From a virus, in the IMG/VR virus record IMGVR_UViG_3300025276_000021: a DNA stretch of 64,000 nt. One strand, given 5' to 3'. Within the stretch, counting starts at the first letter, position 1, and every line of letters starts with the position of its first letter. The translations under genes were made by a program, and so were the position numbers. Shown piece after piece: positions 1-7,377 of this stretch. Below the pieces are notes generated by a model. It did not search any database. It was given only the letters and a program-made list of their open reading frames with translations, and was not told where the DNA came from.

Positions 1-313
1 TACGATTGAATTGAATATCTTTAGGAAATTCAGATACAATAAACTGTTGAATGTAATTTGTGTTGCCGTAAATTTTGACATTATCCATATCTTTATACGT
101 TTCTAGCCATTCTTTAGCATCACGCATAGATTCAAAATCTACTGGTTGTAGAGAAACGCCGTCAAGTGATTTCCAATCTGTCTGGGTTTTACTACGCACA
201 AACAACGTGGGTTTAAATTTGACACGCTTTTCAATTCTCACACCGTGGTCGTTATAACCACGGTATAAGAGTGAGTTGCCGTATCGCGCTACATTCGTAT
301 AAAAAGCTGCCAA
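1..313 (-). CDS. gp43: DNA polymerase (T4 gp43-like, family B), N-terminal part, truncated by the window edge
   Basis: Not in the ORF track. My translation from TTG at 313 (GGAG RBS at 322-325) reads MAAFYTNVARYGNSLLYRGYNDHGVRIEKRVKFKPTLFV..., the typical marine T4-like gp43 N-terminus. Position downstream of regA/hsp20 fits. Confidence 0.88.
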   Translation of the reverse strand, partial: MAAFYTNVARYGNSLLYRGYNDHGVRIEKRVKFKPTLFVRSKTQTDWKSLDGVSLQPVDFESMRDAKEWLETYKDMDNVKIYGNTNYIQQFIVSEFPKDIQFNR

Positions 314-341
314 GTATCATTCTCCATAAATCATTCTATAT

Positions 342-370
342 ATTATAGCATAGGTGATAGATATTGTCTA
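342..370 (-). promoter_or_regulatory. sigma70-type promoter for gp43
   Basis: TAGACA-17 bp-TATAAT with TG extended -10. Confidence 0.7.
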
Positions 371-589
371 GTCTTTTTTTGAGACAAATGCATACATTTC
401 TTTGGCTTTTTCCATTAATTCTTCTGTTGAATAAATTTTGTATGCTTCTTTAACCTCTTCCATCGATTTTTTACCTTGTTCGTGCATATCATTTGCAAGT
501 TGAATATTCATTGACCATTGCTGATCCATGTAATCTTTTGCCATCGCTAACATTTCTGCGCGGATTTCAAAGGGATTTTTGTGTGCCAT
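368..589 (-). CDS. hypothetical protein
   Basis: 73 aa ORF with AGGA RBS, in operon context. Confidence 0.75.
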   Translation of the reverse strand: MAHKNPFEIRAEMLAMAKDYMDQQWSMNIQLANDMHEQGKKSMEEVKEAYKIYSTEELMEKAKEMYAFVSKKD

Positions 590-608
590 TGTGTGATCCT
601 ATCTAAAT

Positions 609-914
609 TTAATTATGTTCGCCATTATTCTGACGTCCGTTGTATCCGTCAATTCTATTAAAAACTTTAGGCTTTCGTTTTGCTGTCTCAAAAGTACCTA
701 CGGTAATTACAATAGCTGCAAGTAAGAGCGTATGAGCAATTGCATTAATTCCCCAGAAGGCAATGCTGCCCACGTACATGGAACATACAGATACCCACAT
801 CCATGCAAGAATTTGCATAATTAAATGTCTAACTTGTAGGTTTGGTATATTCTTTAATGGATTGATATTTGCATCCATTACACTATTCCAAGCGTCATTA
901 ACATAGTCTTTCAT
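609..914 (-). CDS. hypothetical membrane protein (two hydrophobic segments)
   Basis: Likely start MKDYVNDAWN at 914 after GGAGAA. NPLKNIP...RHLIMQILAWMW resembles a family I recall from marine Alphaproteobacteria (unverified). Confidence 0.65.
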   Translation of the reverse strand: MKDYVNDAWNSVMDANINPLKNIPNLQVRHLIMQILAWMWVSVCSMYVGSIAFWGINAIAHTLLLAAIVITVGTFETAKRKPKVFNRIDGYNGRQNNGEHN

Positions 915-940
915 CACATTCTCCATAATTTGTGTGTGTG

Positions 941-962
941 ATTGGGGCATTTCTGCCCCAAT
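941..962 (-). other. GC-rich hairpin with GAAA tetraloop (possible terminator or stability element)
   Basis: ATTGGGGCA-GAAA-TGCCCCAAT on the minus strand; no minus-strand U-tract. Confidence 0.5.
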
Positions 963-1038
963 TTTTAATTTATTTTATACCAAAAATATTCTATTATTTG
1001 TCGGTATAATCGGTAATTCATTACCATAACGTATACAA

Positions 1039-1188
1039 TCACCCCCAACCTCTGAGGTTATCATTCTCCCATACTTTCATTCGCCTTTCTAGATCGGCGT
1101 GAGATTTAGCTTTTGAGAAATATTCATCTCTCAATTCAATCTCAGTTTTAGGCTTAACAAAATTAAATAGTTTCATAAGTAATTCCAT
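1039..1188 (-). CDS. small protein, DUF3563-like (49 aa)
   Basis: Below the track cutoff: MELLMKLFNFVKPKTEIELRDEYFSKAKSHADLERRMKVWENDNLRGWG. Start overlaps the stop of the upstream ORF; the EYxxxAxxxxDLERRM motif is as I recall for DUF3563. Confidence 0.6.
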   Translation of the reverse strand: MELLMKLFNFVKPKTEIELRDEYFSKAKSHADLERRMKVWENDNLRGWG

Positions 1189-1439
1189 CATCTTTCTGCC
1201 CTTGGAAGATGATCTAAGTTTTCTAAACCCATGGTACTTCTATTCAATAAATCCCAAATTTGATCTACTGTCATATTTGGATATTCGCCTTTTAGCATAG
1301 GGGCAATTTTTCGGTTGGCTTCTACTTGCCTCGCTCTAATCATAGAAACCCACAAACGGTTGAGAGAATCGTTGATCAGATCAATTAATGAACTAATTGC
1401 TTTCGTTAAGTAGTTGTGACTTGTTAGTATATGTTGCAT
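1188..1439 (-). CDS. hypothetical protein
   Basis: 83 aa ORF with GAGGA RBS, overlapping the hsp20 3' end. Confidence 0.65.
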   Translation of the reverse strand: MQHILTSHNYLTKAISSLIDLINDSLNRLWVSMIRARQVEANRKIAPMLKGEYPNMTVDQIWDLLNRSTMGLENLDHLPRAER

Positions 1440-1863
1440 TTGAGTTTTCCTCGTTTTTTCCTATTGAAATTTTACGAGGACGCATTTCTTCTGGGATTTC
1501 ATACTTCAGTTCTACGGCAAGTATGCCATCTTGAATATCTGCTCCGTTTACTTGAACGTGTTCAGACAATCGAAAAGTACGTTTAAACTTCTTGGTACTA
1601 ATACCTCGATGAATAAAGTCTCTTCCTTTGCTAACGTGTTCTCCAGTTATCATCAAAGTTCTATCTTTAACTTCTATTGATAATTCATCTTTTGAAAAGC
1701 CTGCAACTGCAAGTTCAATAAGATATTCATGCTCACTCGCTTTAATAATATTGTGAGGTGGATAGTGATCAGATGCATGACGAACTGTGTGTTCCATTTC
1801 GTTAAACAAATGATCGAATCCTACAAAAGATGATCGTGGAAATAGTGTTTGAATGCCTGTCAT
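1393..1863 (-). CDS. hsp20: small heat shock protein (Hsp20/IbpA family)
   Basis: VGFDHLF, YPPHNI, IELAVAGF, FIHRGIS, F.RTFRL, DGIL.V.L..EIPEE.RPRKI. True start is probably MTGIQ at 1863 after AGAGGAG. Confidence 0.95.
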   Translation of the reverse strand: MTGIQTLFPRSSFVGFDHLFNEMEHTVRHASDHYPPHNIIKASEHEYLIELAVAGFSKDELSIEVKDRTLMITGEHVSKGRDFIHRGISTKKFKRTFRLSEHVQVNGADIQDGILAVELKYEIPEEMRPRKISIGKNEENSNATYTNKSQLLNESN

Positions 1864-1957
1864 TTTGGGGTTCTCCTCTTCCAAGCAAGAATGTTCTGGG
1901 ACCAGATTATTCTGCATCCCGCCTTCATTGGACAACCTCTACAAGCTGTCTCTGTAG
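1864..1957 (-). promoter_or_regulatory. ROSE-like RNA thermometer in the hsp20 5'UTR
   Basis: UUC-UUGCU-UGGAAG-AGGA-GAA hairpin (1871-1891) sequesters the SD with a bulged G; two more hairpins lie upstream. Confidence 0.7.
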
Positions 1958-1958
1958 T

Positions 1959-1998
1959 ATATATGTATTATTATAGTCTATTTCAAGAGTAATGTCAA
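1959..1998 (-). promoter_or_regulatory. consensus sigma70 promoter with nested RpoH-like promoter for hsp20
   Basis: TTGACA(1998-1993)-17-TATAAT(1975-1970); CTTGAA(1987-1982)-16-CATATAT(1965-1959). Confidence 0.7.
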
Positions 1999-2005
1999 GA
2001 TTTAT

Positions 2006-2947
2006 TTAAAATTTTATTCGCATATTAGCGTTTATTCTAGAAATCTCTATTGCCAAATCTTGATTTCTGTCGTGCATCTCAATCTCTTTGCCGAGTTTAT
2101 TTTCAATCCAATCCTCAGCTTTGTCCCATTCAAATTGAACACCAGAGCGCATATCATTTCTTATTTCATGGGTCATATGTACTTGTCTTATTTTATAATT
2201 ATTAACAATTACCTCGTCCCATTGTCCAGCTGGCATCCGATCTTCATTATAATGACTTTGTATCTTTTTGGCAAGTGCTTTAGCATTCTTCTTATATGTT
2301 TTTGTTGCGGCTTCAATATAACCTTTGATAATATCAGAAAGTTCTCCGCTTCTATTTTTTTGCTTTAATTCTGCAGGCAGAAGTTGCCAATACATGGTTA
2401 GACTTTCGCCTTTATTATTAGGTTTTTTACCCCAAACTCTTTCAATAGCACTTATAACATATTTTTCCATATCAGCAGGCATAGTTCCCAAATCCTTTAG
2501 ATCGACCTTGGTATTTTCAAATTTATCAGTGTATGTATCAGAGCGAGCCAATTCATACATTTCATACCAACGCCTGCCCGAATTGTCGGGTTCTGATCCA
2601 ATATCACCGGAGAACGATCCTAACAAATCAGCTTCCAATTCATAGATAACTTGAGCACCACTAGTGGCGACACCTCTAGCAAGACTCGTAGAGGACATAT
2701 TCAAAAATGCGGAAATGCCGCGCTTTTTGTTCTCACCTTTAAACATCGTTTTATGAAACTGTTGAGCTGCAATATGCCAGCAAGTTATTCTTGGAGGAGT
2801 AGGAGTGATCTGTTTCATTTGTGCTGAGGACATAGGCATCCAAAAATTTGCAATGCCTTCATTATCGCTTTTTTTGATATCAAATAGCTTTTGAGATAAA
2901 CTACTTTTACCATGCAATTCTAATAAATAAGACTTAAAATTTTGCAT
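2006..2947 (-). CDS. putative capsid-targeted internal protein; paralogue of 3406-4362; possible ADP-ribosyltransferase-like fold
   Basis: N-terminus MQNFKSYLLE; WH..GISAF..IYEL..GRRW..WDEVIV motifs shared with the paralogue. Confidence 0.55.
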   Translation of the reverse strand: MQNFKSYLLELHGKSSLSQKLFDIKKSDNEGIANFWMPMSSAQMKQITPTPPRITCWHIAAQQFHKTMFKGENKKRGISAFLNMSSTSLARGVATSGAQVIYELEADLLGSFSGDIGSEPDNSGRRWYEMYELARSDTYTDKFENTKVDLKDLGTMPADMEKYVISAIERVWGKKPNNKGESLTMYWQLLPAELKQKNRSGELSDIIKGYIEAATKTYKKNAKALAKKIQSHYNEDRMPAGQWDEVIVNNYKIRQVHMTHEIRNDMRSGVQFEWDKAEDWIENKLGKEIEMHDRNQDLAIEISRINANMRIKF

Positions 2948-3406
2948 CTATTTTGCTTTCCTTGTCAATATATAAAGAGATAATTCATCCAAATCTAGTT
3001 CTTCAATTTTAAAGCCCATTTTAGTAGCAAATCGTTTTACTAATTTACTGTATAATTTGTTTCTGCTTCCGCTCTCACCATCTTCGGCAGATTTAGATGC
3101 TGTAAAACTTGCGACTTTTATTTGTGGATTTTTCTCTATAAATTCTTTTATGTGGTTTATTACTGCGCCAAATATTTGCATTTGGTCGCCTTTACCAGTA
3201 ACAGACATATCACCACCAACACTGAATACAATATTAACGTCCGATTTTTCAGGAATATTTTTAGATTGTGACCAATTATAAATCATTTCTACAAATTGTT
3301 TACCTATTCGACCGAGATATTTTTCAGTTTCAGGTCTGGTGCTAGTTTGTTTCCACTGAATTTTAGTGTTGAACGATTCGCCCAAATGTGATTTAAAACT
3401 TATCAT
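2948..3406 (-). CDS. putative capsid-targeted internal protein of unknown function
   Basis: N-terminus MISFKSHLGE; TGKGD..IF..V...I.EF...F.A.K...SR.KLY pattern. Confidence 0.55.
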   Translation of the reverse strand: MISFKSHLGESFNTKIQWKQTSTRPETEKYLGRIGKQFVEMIYNWSQSKNIPEKSDVNIVFSVGGDMSVTGKGDQMQIFGAVINHIKEFIEKNPQIKVASFTASKSAEDGESGSRNKLYSKLVKRFATKMGFKIEELDLDELSLYILTRKAK

Positions 3407-4362
3407 TAACTTTTAATCCTTGTTGCTAATATATGGGACTGTAAATCTCTAGAATTATCCCACTCAACAACCTCTATACCTCTACTTTTAGCATCTTCCA
3501 TTGCATCTGTAACATCTGACCATAATCCATTTACAAATTGTGGTGCGGAGAGTAGTACATGTAGTTTTTTAACTTTATACTGATTGACAATCATTTCGTC
3601 CCAGGCAGCCTTGTCCAACTTATCAACATATTGTTTTTTTAGTGCAGTCGCTATTTTCTTTGAATTTTTCATATAAGATTTGTTGACTGTATCAATATAA
3701 CCCTTGATAATATTGCCCATCTCTTTTTTTGCGCCAGCTGAGTCAGGCGAACCATGTTTATCTTCTAAGTGTCTTGGTACATCTACCCAATCTGGGCGTA
3801 AGCCTCTTTTTGTATGTCCGTCTAAATTGCCTAATACTTTTCTCACATATGTTTCTATATCTTTGGGTAAACTACCCAAGTCGTTTTTCTCAAGTGGTCT
3901 ATGTAAATCGTTGATATGTGGGAAATCAGAAGTGTTATGGAATCCAGTGTCTAATAATGATTGCAATGTTACCCATCTTCTACCAGTCTTATCTACGCCT
4001 GAACGCACATCCGTTTCGAATGAACCTAAAAGATTAGCATCTAATTCATAGATAAAACCACCGCCAGACGCAATACCTCTATCCATACTACTTGGTTTCA
4101 TATTTCTAAATGCGGACAGTCCAGATTTTTTGTTTTGTCCTTTAACAAGTTTATCGTGATTACTTTCGCTAGTGACATGAAAAACAGAGCCTCTAATTTC
4201 AGTTGGCATCACTCTTTTTATGTTTGCATTACCCATAGGTATTTTAAATGACATTATATCACCATCTTTGCCGCCGAAAAGAGGCATATTAAAGAGATGC
4301 TTGGATAAGCTTGCCTGACTAAAAACTTCCTCTAATTGCATATATTGATAGAATGTTTTCAT
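3406..4362 (-). CDS. putative capsid-targeted internal protein; paralogue of 2006-2947; possible ADP-ribosyltransferase-like fold
   Basis: N-terminus MKTFYQYMQLEE; FHVT..GLSAF..IYEL..GRRW..WDEMIV. Confidence 0.55.
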   Translation of the reverse strand: MKTFYQYMQLEEVFSQASLSKHLFNMPLFGGKDGDIMSFKIPMGNANIKRVMPTEIRGSVFHVTSESNHDKLVKGQNKKSGLSAFRNMKPSSMDRGIASGGGFIYELDANLLGSFETDVRSGVDKTGRRWVTLQSLLDTGFHNTSDFPHINDLHRPLEKNDLGSLPKDIETYVRKVLGNLDGHTKRGLRPDWVDVPRHLEDKHGSPDSAGAKKEMGNIIKGYIDTVNKSYMKNSKKIATALKKQYVDKLDKAAWDEMIVNQYKVKKLHVLLSAPQFVNGLWSDVTDAMEDAKSRGIEVVEWDNSRDLQSHILATRIKS

Positions 4363-4625
4363 TTTCTATTCCTGAGTCTCGGTTCTCTACGATTATATCT
4401 TACTGTGACTGACGCTAGATTTTTCAAGTCATTGTTGAGAGGATTATTATCTTTGTGATGGATGTCACGACCATCTCCATCCTCTGCCATTCCAGACCGA
4501 ACAGCGGCGCGTCTTGCTCTTTTTCTAGCTGCATTTCTTTTCATCTGCTCAGGAGTACCAAGATAGTTTTCGCGTTCTTTTTTATAGTCTCTACCTTCAC
4601 TAATATATGCTTTAAAAGTTTTCAT
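4359..4625 (-). CDS. small basic HNH endonuclease-like protein with capsid-targeting-like leader
   Basis: MKTFKAYISE; DIHHKDNNPLNN..NL......NR HNH motif. Confidence 0.7.
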   Translation of the reverse strand: MKTFKAYISEGRDYKKERENYLGTPEQMKRNAARKRARRAAVRSGMAEDGDGRDIHHKDNNPLNNDLKNLASVTVRYNRREPRLRNRK

Positions 4626-5191
4626 GCTACATTATCCCAAAAAGTTTTACTAATTTCGCCTGCAGGAGAGGCAGACGTACTAGATGCTGGAGTGTTTGCA
4701 GTCCCACCCATATTGCTGTGGTTTGTACAGTAATAATATAAATTAGGAGCACCAACAGCAACAGTTATCTGAGTATATGCTCCAGCACTTCCCGGAGTTC
4801 CTGACGTTGTTACGCCCGTTGTGTATTCACTACCACCGCCATGTGTCCCATTAGATGTAGCACTGAATCTTAATGGATGGTTTGAGTTAGAAGAATCTGA
4901 TTGATCAAATTTATATGTTCTACCTTCTGATAAACTTAATATTCTCTCGGGCCCAACTGCATCTATATAATATCTATTTCCTACTCCTGGATTTGAAACT
5001 GTTACAGCAAAGGTAACAGTACCAGCACTTACTGTTCTGCGGACACTTGTATACACAGCATGACCATTTGTAGTTCTAATACCATTTGTTTGTTTTAACC
5101 ATAGAGGTCTTAATGGGCTATTAGCACCGGGATCAGGCGGAGCGTTATCATATTGCCAACTAGAATTGTTTGTAATATTTACGAACGCCAT
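4622..5191 (-). CDS. protein with cupredoxin-like (His/Cys-His-Met) module, probably a late or virion protein
   Basis: NHPLRF...LYYYCTNHSNMG; TATAAATA late promoter immediately upstream. Confidence 0.65.
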   Translation of the reverse strand: MAFVNITNNSSWQYDNAPPDPGANSPLRPLWLKQTNGIRTTNGHAVYTSVRRTVSAGTVTFAVTVSNPGVGNRYYIDAVGPERILSLSEGRTYKFDQSDSSNSNHPLRFSATSNGTHGGGSEYTTGVTTSGTPGSAGAYTQITVAVGAPNLYYYCTNHSNMGGTANTPASSTSASPAGEISKTFWDNVA

Positions 5192-5203
5192 GTGTCGGTC
5201 TCC

Positions 5204-6418
5204 TCATCGTTTGTTTTTACTATTTATATGTTTTAATAAATCTTCTTTATTGCTTTTACCAGTCTTAATAGAATAGTCTAGTGCAGATTGTAATACATCT
5301 CCAATAGCTTTACCCTTAAATCCAGCTTTAACTGCATCTCTACCATCTATTGGCATGTCTTTTACTGAAATATATTTTATACCCTTTAGTCTACTCGACA
5401 GAGTTTTAGATCCTTTTGCAGATAAAAATGCGTCTATAGCTCTAACATCAACACTTTTAGCATAGTTTGCAAGCTCAACATTATTCATACCTTCTTTCCA
5501 GTCTACGACATTTTGAACAATTTTTGCATCCGTATTCGAAAGTCGTATGACTGTTTTGGCAGTTGAGCCTGCTTTGTTTCCGTAGTCGCTAAGTAATATT
5601 CCCATGAATACAGCAAAATCACTTTTGCCGAGAGCGTCAATTGTTTTCAAATCGTTTGATTTTAATTTAATTGATTTAAATATATGTTTCATCAAACCAG
5701 AATCGAATAGTATTTTTACACCAATACTAGGTTTCTTAGATTTACTGAAAAGCTTTTTAAATTCTTCTTGGAATCTATCTGCGGAAATGGTAGAGATAGT
5801 GCTTGCTCTTTTCTTCATTTCCTTGTATGTCTCTTTTTCGATAGTAAAATCAAATCTTGATGCAAACTGCACAGCTCGAAACATTCTGAGAGGATCATCC
5901 TCGAACGATGTTGGACTGATCATGCGGATTTGCTTATTCTTTATATCCTTCATGCCTTTACCATCAACGTCTATTATCTCACCAGTATCAACATCTTTCG
6001 CTAGTGCATTTATCCAAAAATCGCGCCTTAGCTGATCTTGCTGTAGCGTAATGCCTTTACCAAGTTCTACTTCAAAGTCTTTATGACCTGAGCCTGTGCT
6101 TTTTGAGTCAATTCTTGGCACAGAAATATCTACATCCTCAGCTTCAGTAGAGCCTGTAGGAACAAATTTTAGAATGCCGAACGACTTGCCTACCATGTTG
6201 ACTTTACCGTGAGGCTTTAGAATTTTTTCTATATCATCTAACTCGATTCCAACAATGATAATATCAAGATCCTTAGATATTTTACCTATCATTTCATCAC
6301 GGACAACACCGCCTATTTGATATATTTTCCCACCCGCGCTTTTGATTGCTTTTCGTATCTGCGTTGACAGAAGGTCATCGACCATACTTTCATTCAAATG
6401 AGATATAAAACTTTTCAT
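5204..6418 (-). CDS. cca: class II tRNA nucleotidyltransferase (CCA-adding enzyme) with capsid-targeting-like leader
   Basis: GGVVRD...DLD (motif A), RRDFWINALA, EDDPLR, ISADRF..E; lacks the GR/K-R/K-F poly(A) polymerase signature; N-terminus MKSFISHLNE. Confidence 0.9.
   Translation of the reverse strand: MKSFISHLNESMVDDLLSTQIRKAIKSAGGKIYQIGGVVRDEMIGKISKDLDIIIVGIELDDIEKILKPHGKVNMVGKSFGILKFVPTGSTEAEDVDISVPRIDSKSTGSGHKDFEVELGKGITLQQDQLRRDFWINALAKDVDTGEIIDVDGKGMKDIKNKQIRMISPTSFEDDPLRMFRAVQFASRFDFTIEKETYKEMKKRASTISTISADRFQEEFKKLFSKSKKPSIGVKILFDSGLMKHIFKSIKLKSNDLKTIDALGKSDFAVFMGILLSDYGNKAGSTAKTVIRLSNTDAKIVQNVVDWKEGMNNVELANYAKSVDVRAIDAFLSAKGSKTLSSRLKGIKYISVKDMPIDGRDAVKAGFKGKAIGDVLQSALDYSIKTGKSNKEDLLKHINSKNKR
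5221..5228 (-). promoter_or_regulatory. T4-type late promoter
   Basis: TATAAATA 30 nt upstream of the ORF starting at 5191. Confidence 0.65.
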
Positions 6419-6428
6419 GGTTTATTCC

Positions 6429-6776
6429 TTACCAGTGTTGTACATCTGGATATCTGACAATTGCTCTAATTGATCTTACGGCTAGCTTTGCTGTCGGATC
6501 ACCCCTATCATATAATACAACCTCTGTACCATTTACAAAATCTGATACATTCACACCTTTGCCTATAAGAGACATGGTTCTGTGTAAATAATCATTTTCG
6601 TCGTAATCATTTTCAAATCCTGCTTTGCCTCGAACCTCAACCCACTTACTGCCTGGTAATGGTCGAATCCTTAGAATACCCATCTTACCTTGCCTGATAT
6701 AGGTCAATGCGTAAGACTCTTTTTTCTTACGTTGATTTTTCGTCAATTCAGTTATAAATCTAGTAAAAGATTTCAT
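6429..6776 (-). CDS. putative capsid-targeted internal protein of unknown function
   Basis: N-terminus MKSFTRFITE, very close to T4 internal-protein CTS peptides. Confidence 0.6.
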   Translation of the reverse strand: MKSFTRFITELTKNQRKKKESYALTYIRQGKMGILRIRPLPGSKWVEVRGKAGFENDYDENDYLHRTMSLIGKGVNVSDFVNGTEVVLYDRGDPTAKLAVRSIRAIVRYPDVQHW

Positions 6777-6781
6777 AGCAT

Positions 6782-7345
6782 TTATCCTTTCACATAAGGT
6801 TTGATAATAGTTTCTATGTTTTTTATGATTTTCTTATGTGTAGGACTAAGATCCTTACGATCAGCTTTTACAGCGTCTAAGGCTATTTTTGTATCGCCCG
6901 CATATTTCTTTTGCCATGATGCTGGCTGCTTTGCAATATCAGACACATTTGCTAATCTATCTGCAAGTTTAATAACAAGTGCCCAGCTTGTCATATTAAC
7001 CATTTTGCCTTTGATATATTCACCTTTGCCGCCGGCAGCTTCTAGATCATCTTTCTTAGTTGTCAATTGATCAACTAAATTTGCAACTAATCCACCAAAC
7101 TGTTTGACCAAATCGTCATGCGATAAGTCAGTGTCCTCTAACGTATCGTGTAGATATGCAGCTTGAACTAGTGCAGATAGATTTGAGGATTTAGGTTTGA
7201 ATTTTGCGACTATTTTCGCAACTTCTTTTGGATGAGCAATATATCTACCACCACTTTTCCTAAATTGTCCTTCATGTGCCTTTGTAGCAACTCTTAATGC
7301 ACTTAGGGCGCTTTCATTAAGCATATGCGACTTAAAAGATTTCAT
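6782..7345 (-). CDS. RelA/SpoT-family HD hydrolase (small alarmone hydrolase, Mesh1-like) with capsid-targeting-like leader
   Basis: AHEGQFRKSG..YIAHP, LHDTLEDT, IKLADRLAN; no synthetase domain; N-terminus MKSFKSHMLNE. Confidence 0.9.
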   Translation of the reverse strand: MKSFKSHMLNESALSALRVATKAHEGQFRKSGGRYIAHPKEVAKIVAKFKPKSSNLSALVQAAYLHDTLEDTDLSHDDLVKQFGGLVANLVDQLTTKKDDLEAAGGKGEYIKGKMVNMTSWALVIKLADRLANVSDIAKQPASWQKKYAGDTKIALDAVKADRKDLSPTHKKIIKNIETIIKPYVKG

Positions 7346-7377
7346 ATCTTTTTTTCCTTGACTGATTCTATTTCTTA

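Noticed and set aside
1864-1935. Extended N-terminus of Hsp20 in the ORF track
   Set aside because: A strong SD precedes the ATG at 1863, and the extension coincides with the structured 5'UTR.
5204-6418. Poly(A) polymerase assignment
   Set aside because: MVGKSFGIL does not match the G-R/K-R/K-F poly(A) polymerase signature, so a CCA-type enzyme is more likely. CC- or A-only specificity is not excluded.
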